Origin: Felis catus
Taxonomy: Eukaryota
DNA length: 64,000 nt
Direction of reading: 5' to 3'
Assembly (NCBI RefSeq): GCF_018350175.1
Contig: NC_058368.1
Coordinates: 46,564,001 to 46,628,000, forward strand
In this document: positions 1 through 11,355 of the stretch, in pieces
Layout: every line of letters begins with the position of its first letter
Position numbering within the stretch: position 1 is the first letter of the stretch
The notes under the pieces: model-generated
Told to the model about the DNA's origin: nothing
Seen by the model: only the letters and a program-made list of their open reading frames with translations
Databases searched by the model: none
Made by a program: the position numbers and the translations under genes

Positions 1-2299
1 TTAGCTTTCTAACTTTTCCATTCTCTCTTGCTCTGTTCTCAAGCAACTAATCCCATGCTATTTCTACCAATGAATCTTTCCACTCTCTACCCAACTATCC
101 ATCAGAAAAACCCACTTTTATCCCTAGACAAGATGGGCCCTCTCTCAGCTCACTTGCAAACAAGTAGCAGAGATCAGACCATTCAGAGAGTAGCATGAGG
201 GGAGACATTGTTGAATAATGGCTTCGAACAGGGCAGGTGAGAATATAAGGAGGTTACAGGAGAAGGGAAAAAAAGAAGAGAAGGGACACAGCTGATGCAT
301 GAGAAAGTTAAGAAGTCAGCAGAAAGCCTAACATACCAAGGTCTAGAAGTAAGCAACAGGATAAAACAAGATCTTGCCAAATAAAATTTTTTACTTGAGT
401 AATCCATTTGAGTAGAATAACAAGCCGTACTTTTCAAACAACACAATTAGTTTACGTATATGTGCATAAAAACATTTAACTCTCAAACAATAAACAAGCA
501 TTATTGTGAATGTAGATCAGTATAGTTTCCGTGTTGAAGATGCTTTGCAATTGAAAATGTTACGTAGATGCTGTAATTGCCTTGCGTCCCATCATGACGA
601 GAAATACAGAAAGTGGAAGTAGACATGGCAAGTACAGCCTCAAAGCCAGTTAAGGGGAAGTATACTTTGTCAAATGAGAAGAAAATTAAAATATTCTTTT
701 CAGTAGTAATGATTTAAGCATATCGCTTGTACGCTCAGAAAGTCAAAATAGAAAGTTAAAAGGTTAATAAAATTAGATCTTTATAAGTTAACTGAAAATG
801 GCATATATGTCAATGCTTAATACTAACTCCAGAAATAACCTTGACTACACATTTTAATCACATATGCAGACGGACTTACAGAGAACTTTTCAGAATGGCT
901 AAGAAAGGACACAGATTAATGCTATTGTTGGGGGGGGGCGTTTACTGGTTATTATTAAGTCTAACCTCTTTGCCCTAAGGACTGAGCCTTTTATATTTAG
1001 AACTGGATATTTTATAAATTGGGTTACATAAAACTTCTATAAGATTTTTAGGGGGAAAAACATTAAGCTTTTCTATTGTTTCTTCTTCTTTTTGTTAATT
1101 GTGCACAGTAAATTGACAATACTTATTTAAACACATTTTTTTAAAAAAATCTGACCCTTTTCTTCCTGGACCAAGGAATTTTCTCCGTCACAGAGTAATA
1201 GAGCTTGAAAACTTCAGCATCAGCAGGGAAGGCAGGCACTCCTTAGCCAGCCACTGTGAGAGAGAGAAAATGCAATTAAGGCTCCCACCAGGGAGAGAGA
1301 ACTAAACAAAACCTGCGTCTTCACACAAGAGCCTTTTTCTTCAATGCAAACTACAAGGCCTCAAATCTTGTTGGTGAGATGCTAGCATTTAGGACAACAC
1401 ACTTTCAGATTTTCTCACAGCAGATCAAAGTAAATAATGCAAGGGCAGCAAACAAAAGAGAAAACTCCAGTGTGCTTACATTAAAAAGAGATTACAGGGG
1501 ACTTACAAGTGATTGAAGGAATAGATGACATTTTTAAAAACATAAAACCAAGATCTTTAAGTACAGCTGGCAAATAAAGTCTAGTTGGGTTACTTTACTG
1601 AGAGTGACAAACCACAAGTGACTTACCACCATGAAATTAAAAAAGGGGAATTTTACTTTATCCTAGTATTTTCTACATCTAAAGTTATACATATTCCTGT
1701 TCTTCTCTTCCTGGGTTTTAGAATGTTCAAAGCCTAGAGTCATGACAACTGATAAAGGGAGGCATTAAAGTCATGAGCCTCCTCAAATCAATGCCACAGA
1801 ATATGCACAGCGCTCTGTGGATTGGAGATGTAGAATCACTCTGTTTCCCTCTTCCTCCCGAGGACAGTAATCAGTCATAAAAGCAGCTCTCCTCGTTCAT
1901 ATCAAGCCAACAGCTGGAAACTCTTCTGCAATGTTAAATTTAGCACGAACCCCTTACCAGGCACTGAACTTAGTCTTGTGGGTCTGTTCTACAGTCTTAA
2001 AGTGAGTACTCTGAGATCATAACGTATCCTTGATTTTTGTGTAAAAGTCTCATTGACTTTGGTGCAACTCTATAAAGGAAGCAAGGATAGAATATCATCT
2101 TTTAATGCCAAATTTACTACAGTTGAACAAAAGGAACGGAAATCTGGGAGGCCCATGTCAATAAACAAAAGATAAATGTTTGAGAGACTTAATAACTGAA
2201 ACAGGCTTCAAATAGGATTTTTTTGAACTTTTTTTTTAAACACAGTAATAGAGTGGTGTCTTGAACTTAGTGATACTTAAACAAGCATTTATATAGTTT

Positions 2300-2447
2300 G
2301 TATGATGCGTGTATCATACACAGTACACACACACATATACTACATACTATATTATACTCCACACATTATATATAATATAGTATGTATTAGTATAACGTGT
2401 GTATACATGTATATATATCCATATATATACATGTATACACACACACA

Positions 2448-2495
<48 letters not shown>
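2300..2495. repeat. Compound (TA)n/(CA)n microsatellite
   Basis: Degenerate TA/CA runs ending in a pure (TA)n at about 2454-2495; explains the YIYIY ORFs. Confidence 0.95.
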
Positions 2496-2497
<2 letters not shown>

Positions 2498-2629
2498 AGA
2501 AGTATCATATATATAGAATTCATAGTAACTGCAATTGTACTTTGGCAGAAGTTTAAATACAAAGCCACTAAAGCTTGCCAAAACAATTCACTGACATAAT
2601 AAATGACAGAATCAAAGAGACAGCGTGGA

Positions 2630-2780
2630 GGAAAGACACCAGGACTTAGCATCTATAGATGCGAGATCTAGTCCAGGTTTTACCATGTTACCTCTTCTGA
2701 GAATCAATTTGATAATCAATCTATAAAACAAGGTTGGAGTAGAGACCCTTGAATATTCCTTCCAGTTGACACATTCTGTC
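2630..2780 (+). mobile_element. Degraded MIR fragment
   Basis: ttacctcttctgagaatcaatttgataatcaatctataaaacaaggttggagtagagacccttgaatattccttccag resembles the MIR core and MIR3-type tail. Confidence 0.45.
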
Positions 2781-2844
2781 AATCTACATGACTCCTAAAA
2801 CCAGCTGCTGAGTCACATCTGTGACATTGTATGGGTATATGTGT

Positions 2845-3059
2845 CTACATCTATATCTATATCTATCTATCTATAGATATAGATATAGATATAGATATAG
2901 ATAGATAGATATAGGTATAGAGATAGATAGATATATATAGATATAGAGATATCGATAGACATATATAGATATAGATATATCTATAGCTATAGCTATAGAT
3001 ATAGCTATAGATAGATAGATAGATAGATAGATAGATGATAGATGTATATATATATATAC

Positions 3060-3090
<31 letters not shown>

Positions 3091-3120
3091 CACATACATA
3101 TACATTCATCCATAGATATA
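2845..3120. repeat. Compound (ATCTAT)/(ATAGAT)/(GATA)n microsatellite
   Basis: Direct reading; the repeat orientation flips near 2873. Confidence 0.95.
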
Positions 3121-3232
3121 TAACTTAAATCAAAGAATTTAGTATCAAGGTGATAATTTCCAAATCTAAAAATCACACATGTAAAGAAATATCTTTATAC
3201 TTGCTTTAATAGCATATTTTACTAAGCACGTG

Positions 3233-3261
3233 CACACACACACACACACACACACACACAC
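3233..3261. repeat. (CA)n microsatellite
   Basis: Pure CA run. Confidence 0.95.
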
Positions 3262-4183
3262 CACCATATTTTCCACCTCATATCTGCTTGTAAGATATAT
3301 TGTTACTTTTAACATTAGAAAGGCTACTTTTGAAGAAATCAAGGACATTCGGACATGAGCTAATATACTGTAATAGGAATAATGAACCTAAGCTGAATTT
3401 TTTTTCACATGTCATAATTGGAGAAGCATTAAGACACATTTTCATAAAAACTAAAATACAACTTGTGTTTCCAAACCCCTATAAACACCCATCTTCAGCA
3501 ATATTAAAATGATTTTAAATGTTTCTATCACAGATTTACTTTTGTTTCACTAAAATGCATTTAGGGAAATTTATTCTCCAGAAAGCAAATCAACAGTAAT
3601 AAATATGATACTCAGTTCTGTTTTGATTGCACGAATGGAAGAAAAGAAATATTATGTATTACTTATTAAAATTCTTTCTCCAGAAAACAGACTGGAAAAC
3701 AATCAGGCTGTATTCAGTTCACAGACTTTTTTTTCCCCACATGGATAAAGTAAGCAAAGTTAAATTCTCAGTGCTTCATATACACATTTACCCGTAAAAT
3801 TATTTAATCTTGTTTACTTTGTAAAATATATGATGTTATTCTGTTTTGAGAATAATGCATTTAATTTAGGAAGAAACTACAAGGTGTAATACGAAAACTG
3901 GAAAGTGCAAAAAGCAGTATTAAACTGTCAATCACTGCTGATCTTGCAGAGTTCATTATTTAACTGAATATGAAGATTAGACACCCTACATTATGCATAT
4001 CAATTTAAATATAAGAAACAAATTTAATCTTAAATTGGAAAAGTGCATAAGGATTTGCCTGAACTGATGCAACTTGATTTATTTCATGTAGAGTACTACC
4101 TCTGAGTCAATCACATGTGTGCATGTAAGTCAACATACACATATCAAAAGTTTCACATGTAAAAATTTAAATATTTAGCTTAC

Positions 4184-4210
4184 CTTTTTCTGTGCCATGC
4201 ACCCACAGCT
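4184..4210 (-). other. Candidate 27-nt micro-exon of a minus-strand host gene
   Basis: Minus strand: ttaatttttataatatactgttag|AGCTGTGGGTGCATGGCACAGAAAAAG|gtaagc; strong donor, U-rich acceptor. Confidence 0.4.
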
Positions 4211-4645
4211 CTAACAGTATATTATAAAAATTAACATTAAATTAGAAGGAGGGGAGCAGCTGTTGTAGACTAACGCCAAAGGGCATTTTAACCCATTAGT
4301 GGAGTTCTCTCTGACATATAGAAGCATGTATATGTGAGTGATTGTTGTAGGATAAGCCTGGGAAACATGTAAATTGCATTTCCTCATGGCAAATTGCAAC
4401 TGAATTAGAATATTGGGCAGACGTAAACAATGCAATCAAATTCTGGCTTTTTATTGAGCTTCTATTTGACTTTGTATTCATTTGAAACAACAACAACAAA
4501 AAAATTGTGTTTCTCAGGGTCTGTGACATTGCAGGCCATGAGAGATTCAATGTCACTGCCGGCATACAAATTTATTAGTCTATAAAATTTGACATTCTCT
4601 TATTTATTCACAGAAAGGACAAATAAGATATTTTTTCATACTTAC

Positions 4646-4733
4646 CAGAAATATCTGGGAGTGTTTATATGCCGCTCCATCTGGAGGATGCAAATAGTCA
4701 GAACTGCTTTACAATTCAGTAGGCAAAAGCCTG
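4646..4733 (-). other. Candidate internal exon, 85 or 88 nt, probably 5'-UTR or non-coding, with CAGCAG tandem acceptor
   Basis: Minus strand: catttgttatccttcagcag|GCTTTTGCC...CCCAGATATTTCTG|gtaagt; consensus donor, unique sequence; two of three frames have stops. Confidence 0.55.
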
Positions 4734-5198
4734 CTGAAGGATAACAAATGACTTCATGGTGGAGCTCCTATTGAAATTCTTTCAGTATGTGATATTAAAA
4801 ACAACTGAACAAACAGAGATAAGGGACAAATAGGATTTGAAACAGACTTTTTTTTTTCTTACAGTGCAAAAGAAAAACAAATGAAGGTCTAGTTGAACCT
4901 ATATATACCTTTTAGTGATTTCACTGCATGGATTTGCTTAATGCGTGAAAGTTTTTATCTGAAGCATCTTTAAATGTCCCACTAAAACCAATGGGACCAA
5001 TTCTAAAATGCCTCCTTTGGACCAACAAATACAATTTTGAGGCTTGAAGGAAAAAAGAGGAGTCATCATAACTCTTTTTGATGACCCCGTTTACAGGTTT
5101 ACTCTTTGGTATTTGGCATAATGCATGGATGTGGGGGTTTAATAAATTTTTGGCGATTAGGATACTGTATTTAAGGAAGATGTTTTTTTCTTTATTAC

Positions 5199-5211
5199 CT
5201 GGTAGGCAAGG
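5199..5211 (-). other. Candidate 13-nt micro-exon
   Basis: Minus strand: tttaactgtaatttttgcttttag|CCTTGCCTACCAG|gtaata; branch-like TTTAAC, pyrimidine tract and CAG|GTAA donor. Confidence 0.3.
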
Positions 5212-7368
5212 CTAAAAGCAAAAATTACAGTTAAATACTATGAGAATGAAAAGCTTATAATGAAAGCTACCAAAAAGAGTAACTGGAAAATGTATTTCAT
5301 TAAGTTCAGTCTCTCTTTTGTGGAAGAAGTTCTACAAGTACTGGCTTTGCAACTCAAACTAACGTTAGTAACTTTCAGGTGATCAGGGAAGTTAAAATCT
5401 AAGAAACAAGAAAAGCATTACTTTGCGATGATTATTTTTATTTCTTGCTTTGAAGGGAAGATGAAAGGCTATTTAGTTGCTATTTAGCTAGGTGTTCTTG
5501 TTTTATTCTATGGCCAGATCAAAGCAACTATCTCTAAATTTACAAAACAGTTCGTAGAACCCCCGGTAATTGAAGTACGGCTAAGTGATCTGCATCAACA
5601 GCATATGAACATAGAATCCATCATACAAAATTCATATTATTAGGTCTTCAAATGACTCATTATTTCACCTAAAAATAAGCAAAAACCAAATAGCTGACTG
5701 GAATGGTGACATGACAATGTGTTCCAGGTCTTCTTAACATAGCATATATGTGAGTTAATATCTAATGGCCATAATTAGCTTGAGCATTTTATATGACCAT
5801 CCTTTAGTCTGATCTAGGTTACAATTTAGGGCTGACTTTCAATGCTTATATATAAAAGCAAGCCATGTGCGATCAGTTGTCCTAATATAACCCTTTTGCT
5901 ATTTTGGATAACTAACAATAATTTATGTTAGATGAATTCACTTTACCTCCTTTGCCAGCACTGAGCCATTATTTTTTTACTAATTTATTATATAAACACA
6001 GTGTGGAACTTTTCTTAAAAGTAATAACATTGCAAGTGAATTCAAATTTAAATGGGTATATAACTATTTCAATGAGCAATAAAATTTCATCAAAACCATC
6101 ACTGCCCAACCAAAACTCAAGTATGTAGAGAAGCAGATAGCTCCAATACAATTTGTTCATTTCACATATTCAACAACCAAGTCTAGGTCATGGTTGTAAA
6201 GTCTAGCTCTAGCTAATACCTTCTTCCCAAACCACCTCAACTCAAAGACAGTTTGCCTTTTCTCTCTCCAGTAATATTCTTCAATTCTACCACTCACTTG
6301 GCACAGGGCTGTGTCTGCCCTTATAATCCCTCTTGTGTTTTTATTCTCAATTATTTCTCTTTGTTTCTTATCCTATAGGTCTTGCTTCCTTACCAGATTA
6401 TACTATTGGAACAACCCTCTTCGCGTTTCATATACAACCCAGCAATTTACTATAAATTCTGTGCCCAGGAAATCTCCCCAAATAAGTGACATATTATATT
6501 CAGCTCCGGTTTCCAAAACTCGATCTAAATAGAAATAATTAAGTACAATCAGAACAAAGGTTACTGTGGACTTAAAAGAAACATAGCTTCTAAAACAAGT
6601 GTTTGGTAAAGATACACACACAGATGACACACCCACCTGAAACACAGGCAATGGAAAACAACCCCGGTAGGAATTATCAATTACTCTTCATATTACCCTG
6701 AAAATGGTGACTAATTACTTTCCGTTTCCTTAAAGGTAAATGATACTTTTACTTTTGATATTAGAGAATAAATCCTGAAAGTATTTTATATACAATATAT
6801 GTTAAACAAAGAATATTACAGAGCCCACTCTGTAAAAATTTTAAATTGAGATGTTCAAGAATTCAGACTGATGAGAGGTTTACATGTTTTAGCCCACAGT
6901 CACCTTATGTCCAATATTACTCACTATGAAATAAAAAAATATGAGTATGCCACTGCCAGGAGGCAAATACTCTTAGTGGTGGTTGGCCATCATTCTACTT
7001 CATCTAACCCTCTTATTATTGAGACACTAAGTTCTTAGCTCTCAGTGTCGCCACGCCACATTCAACTGTGAGGAAATGTTAATGTCAGATAACTAGAACC
7101 AGGAGAGCTTGCATTAATGATACCTGACCCTTCATGAAAAGGGGGAAAACAGAATGACAGGAAGAGGTAAACAACAAAATGAAATAATCTGAAAGCTACA
7201 AATACTATATTCCTCAGATTGCGACGCTGAAGGCCCCTCTCTTGGAACATCTTTTAGCCTTTATGCATATTACCTTTAATTAATGAAATATCAAACGTAT
7301 TAAGCAAAATACACATTTTAAAGTTTAACTGAAATGGTGAGGGTCATAGAGAACCATGGTAATCTTGT

Positions 7369-7598
7369 GGGGCTCCTGAGTGGCTCAGATGGTTAAGCGT
7401 CCAACTCTTGATCTTGTCTAAGGTCATGATCTCACGGTTCATGGCATCAAGCCCCACGTCGGGCTCTGCACTGACAGTGGGGTGCCTCCTTAGGATTTTC
7501 TCTCTCCCTCTCTCTCTCTGTTCCTCTCCCCAGCTCGCACTCTCTCTGTCTCTTTCAAAAGACATAAATAAACTTAAAAAAAAAAAAGAAAGAAAAAA
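7369..7598 (+). mobile_element. Can-SINE (older SINEC_Fc2/SINEC_b-like)
   Basis: GGGGCTCCTGAGTGGCTCAG head, GGTCATGATCTCACGGTTC, CT-rich body, A tail; degenerate TSD (tggtaatcttgt / tggtaaacttgt). Confidence 0.95.
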
Positions 7599-8209
7599 TA
7601 CTGGTAAACTTGTTCCAAAATTAGTGTTATGGTTCAGCAGAAAATAGAATAAAGAGAAAAATTAGTTAACAGTTTTACTGAAATGTTTATAATTCTCCGT
7701 ATCTGGAAGTTGAACTTTTAGGATGGATGCCCTTACAACACCTGTTTATTGAAACCTGAACTATTACTTTCATTCAAAAGCTGACCGACTAAATCTTTAA
7801 GACTCAAGGAAAAAAAACGTGATAGAAGACTTTTCAAAGACTCTCAAAGTGAAGAGAGAATCTGAATTAACTTTGCAATCCAAAGACACCCAAGATGAAA
7901 CATTTCCCATCTCAGCTTCCCTCCATCCAAATCCTTGCTCATCCTTATCCCCTGCCCTTGACTAAAAGGCAAAAAGGAAACAAATTAATCACCTGAGCAT
8001 TTATTTTCATTTACTTCTCAACCCCGTGAAATCTTTCTTAAGTCAGAAAACTAGAACTCAGAAAGTTTAACTAACCTGACCGAAGACACCCCAGGTACAC
8101 ATAGCTCATGAACAAGAGGTGTGGAGCTGGCACCCAGACCATCCTTCCCAGCTTAAAACCTCTTCATTTCCATTACCAATATAAAATATTTTGGAGACTT
8201 TATTTTGAG

Positions 8210-8405
8210 GGAGGCTTTTCTGTAAGTGCTTAACATACTCTAACTCAGTCTTTGTCATAATTTGTGAGATAGGTCAAATTATCAATCCCGTTTTTAGCAA
8301 ATAAAGAAACAAAGGGTTAGAGAAGTTAAGTGACTTCCCCCAAGTCCCAGAGCTAATCAGTGGCAAAGGTAGAATATTAGCCCAGGCCATCCAAGCCCAT
8401 GCTCT
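8210..8405 (-). mobile_element. MIR
   Basis: agagaagttaagtgacttccccaagtcccagagctaatcagtggc is the reverse MIR core; a weaker MIR-like piece lies at about 7990-8170. Confidence 0.75.
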
Positions 8406-8676
8406 GCATGTACTCATCTCATAGTTAGAAAACAGAGACTCAGGAAGGTAGCCTGTGCAAACAGAGGTTCCATGACCTGGATTCCCTTATGCCTTCAAAC
8501 TCCCTGGTGCTGTTCCACTGTCCCAAGAGCACGGTTATACGTACTTCCATAAAAGGGGGTCTTGAACGGGCCAGGATTCACCACAAATAGCACATTGACA
8601 TGGTATCCCTATTTGAAGATGGTCTGACATTTTTGCATAGGTTTACCTACCTACAGATCTCCCTTAAAAATAGAAA

Positions 8677-8868
8677 CAGCCACCTGGGTGGCTCAGTCAG
8701 TTAGGCATCCAGCTTCAGCTCAGGTCATGATCTCCTGGTTCCTGAGTTCTAGCCCCACTTTGGGCTCTCTGCTCTCAGCTCAGAGCCCACTTCAGATCCT
8801 CTCCATGCCTCTCCCCCACTCCCACACATTCTTGCACATTCTCTCCCTAAACAACAAACATTAAAAAA
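8677..8868 (+). mobile_element. Can-SINE (SINEC_Fc-like)
   Basis: CACCTGGGTGGCTCAGTCAGTT...GCTCAGGTCATGATCTC...AAACATTAAAAAA. Confidence 0.93.
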
Positions 8869-9828
8869 TAGCAATGAACAACAACTTTTAAAAGGCGAAT
8901 ACAGGCACAATTTCTTATATGAATTTTTGAAATCTTGAACTGACACTCAAGTACTAAACTCTTAAGTTTCCTATCATTTTAACTGACACATAAAAACAGA
9001 AAACAAAAAACTTAATCCCCTTTAAAGGGGAACCACATTTTATAAAGACTTTTCCCAGGTAATCTAAACATATTTCCAATCTTCCTAGCAAATAAAATAT
9101 TTAGAATATAATGTTTTTAAACCACAGCCAAACTATAAAAAGGAAATTACACTGAATCAAAAAAACATTCCTTGAATTCCTAGGTAATTAATATAACATT
9201 TTTTATTTTTTTATTTTTTATTTTTTTTGCTTAGTAATACAAATAAGAGATGAAATGAGATAATACCACTATTCCCAGCAAAGCCTGTTTCTTACTTGGA
9301 AGCACATGTCTAGCTTGGCTTCTCTACTTACCAAGAAAAATGATCAGCACATAAAGGAATGAGGTCTTTTAAGCTAAAGACATGACACTAATGGGCCTCA
9401 AGTACTTAAAGAATGCTGTAAAGATAGCAGTGAATTCCCATTTCTAACTTAACAACCTCATTTCTTAATGCTTCTCCCAAATCCTATACCATCCTCTGAC
9501 AGAGCTTCCTGATATTCCCACATTGGACCACGTTTATTTTCTTGACTCCTTGTTCTTATTTGCCCTCTTCTTACACGTCAGAACCCATTCAACTCCCAGC
9601 TCCTCTCTAAGGACTTCCATATCTCCTAGGCAGAGCTGGTAACTCTTTGTCCATAATCCCACTGTATTCTCATTTTACAATGAAATCATTTATTCAGAGT
9701 CAAATTCCTCTAACGAAAGGAACCAGCAGTCACCTCTATGTGTCAGTAAAATGCCTAACATAAGGCAATTAACGATCCAGGGCAGAATACGCTACTAACA
9801 AAAGCCGAAGACCAAACAAATCAGATTT

Positions 9829-10025
9829 TGGAATCAGCCAAATACACATTCCAAACCTTCTATGACTTATACAACCTTGATCAAGATACTTAACCTCTTC
9901 AAACTTCGATTTTGCAACTCAACTATAGGGACTATAATATCTTTCCTACAAGACTGTTAGGAAGATCGAATAAAAATATGTTCACAGCCTTGCATAGCAG
10001 CTAGTATGTATAAAGTGCCTGTGTG
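9829..10025 (+). mobile_element. MIR
   Basis: accttgatcaagatacttaacctcttc...gggactataatatctttcctacaagactgttaggaagat matches the MIR core and tail. Confidence 0.65.
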
Positions 10026-11309
10026 ATGGAGAGTTATTAGAATGAATAACTTCGAGCAAGAAGAAATTAAGTTAAACATTAAGAAACCATTTCTTAAGAA
10101 GGTTATTATGAACATTCCAAGCAAAGCTGTAGACTTTTGTTTTCCCAGGAGTTTTGAGACAGGAGTAAGCAGCTCTTTCTCTGGAATGCCTTAGATTATT
10201 GGACAAGACAATTTCAGGAAATCCCTTTTTGCTTTCAGATTTTATAATCATCAACCTTCCTAATTCTCCAAGTGACTTCAAAATTGTTTCAATTACTTGA
10301 GTACTGTTACTCTCTTCATGCAAAAGAAGCTGGGATAGCATCTCTTGTCTTTTTGTATCTGAATACAGTAAAGAAAAACTAAAGAATACCACTTTCTTTC
10401 CATTGATAAACATAGTTAATGGAATTATTCATTATATATCAGAACTGTAAGCAGGTAAAACTACCTATGGCTATTGTAAAAATCATATTTACTTTTTCCC
10501 CTTTCAATAACATATATTGAAATACTATAATGATATAATATTATGTTATCACTTTTACAAATTTGGCTGTGACAAAGCTTTTAAACTACTAACAAATTTT
10601 CAGTATCCGTAATTCCCACTGGAAATCCCGTAACATGTTTCAGTCTAACGATTTAAGGTTACAAACATTCCTTCCAGAATTATTTCCAACATCTCACAAG
10701 GCATATTCATTGTAAAAAGTGAGCCACTTAGCAGGTAAACACACAGGAAATGTTATATTTCAAACTAATCACAAGGACTATGACAAATTAGGAAATCACA
10801 TGGAGACATTACACACTTTGTCTAGAGGACAAGTAATACATTGTACTAAATGTAAGCTGGACGGTTCATATAAACATATTCTATTAGAAAATTGAGCATT
10901 AAACTTTGCCTTGTGGGAAGATATTTTATTTTCCCAAGGAAATTAAGGATATTTAGAGATTGGAAACTGGTGTATCCTATTGATCCTCTTTGCTAACTAT
11001 GATACCTAGTAAAAGAAATTTATGGTGAAAGGAGAAACTAGCTATTATTTTCCTCCTGGAAAGAAAAAGGAAAATTTTTTCCTTTTGTTTCCAAACATAC
11101 AAGGCTCAGATAAATCTAAACTCATATAATCCTCTCACATGTATGAATAGTTCTAATATTGTGGATGTTAATGATCTCCTTTCTCACTTTCTTATCTCAT
11201 ATATAATCATTCTACTAATTATAGTAAAAATCTTTACTTGACTGTTGTCACTATGGAGCCATCGTATACTTGTGTTCACCCAAAACTGCTTTAATACATA
11301 CATACATGT

Positions 11310-11311
<2 letters not shown>

Positions 11312-11347
<36 letters not shown>

Positions 11348-11355
11348 ACACACAC
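11312..11355. repeat. (CA)n microsatellite
   Basis: CA run with one GA interruption. Confidence 0.95.

Noticed and set aside
2302..3348. Several 60-100 aa ORFs rich in Y/I/L/S
   Set aside because: Translations of TA, GATA and CA microsatellites.
10072..10413. 113-aa minus-strand ORF with a good acceptor at 10358
   Set aside because: No recognisable protein and only a weak donor (CAA|gtaatt); insufficient support.
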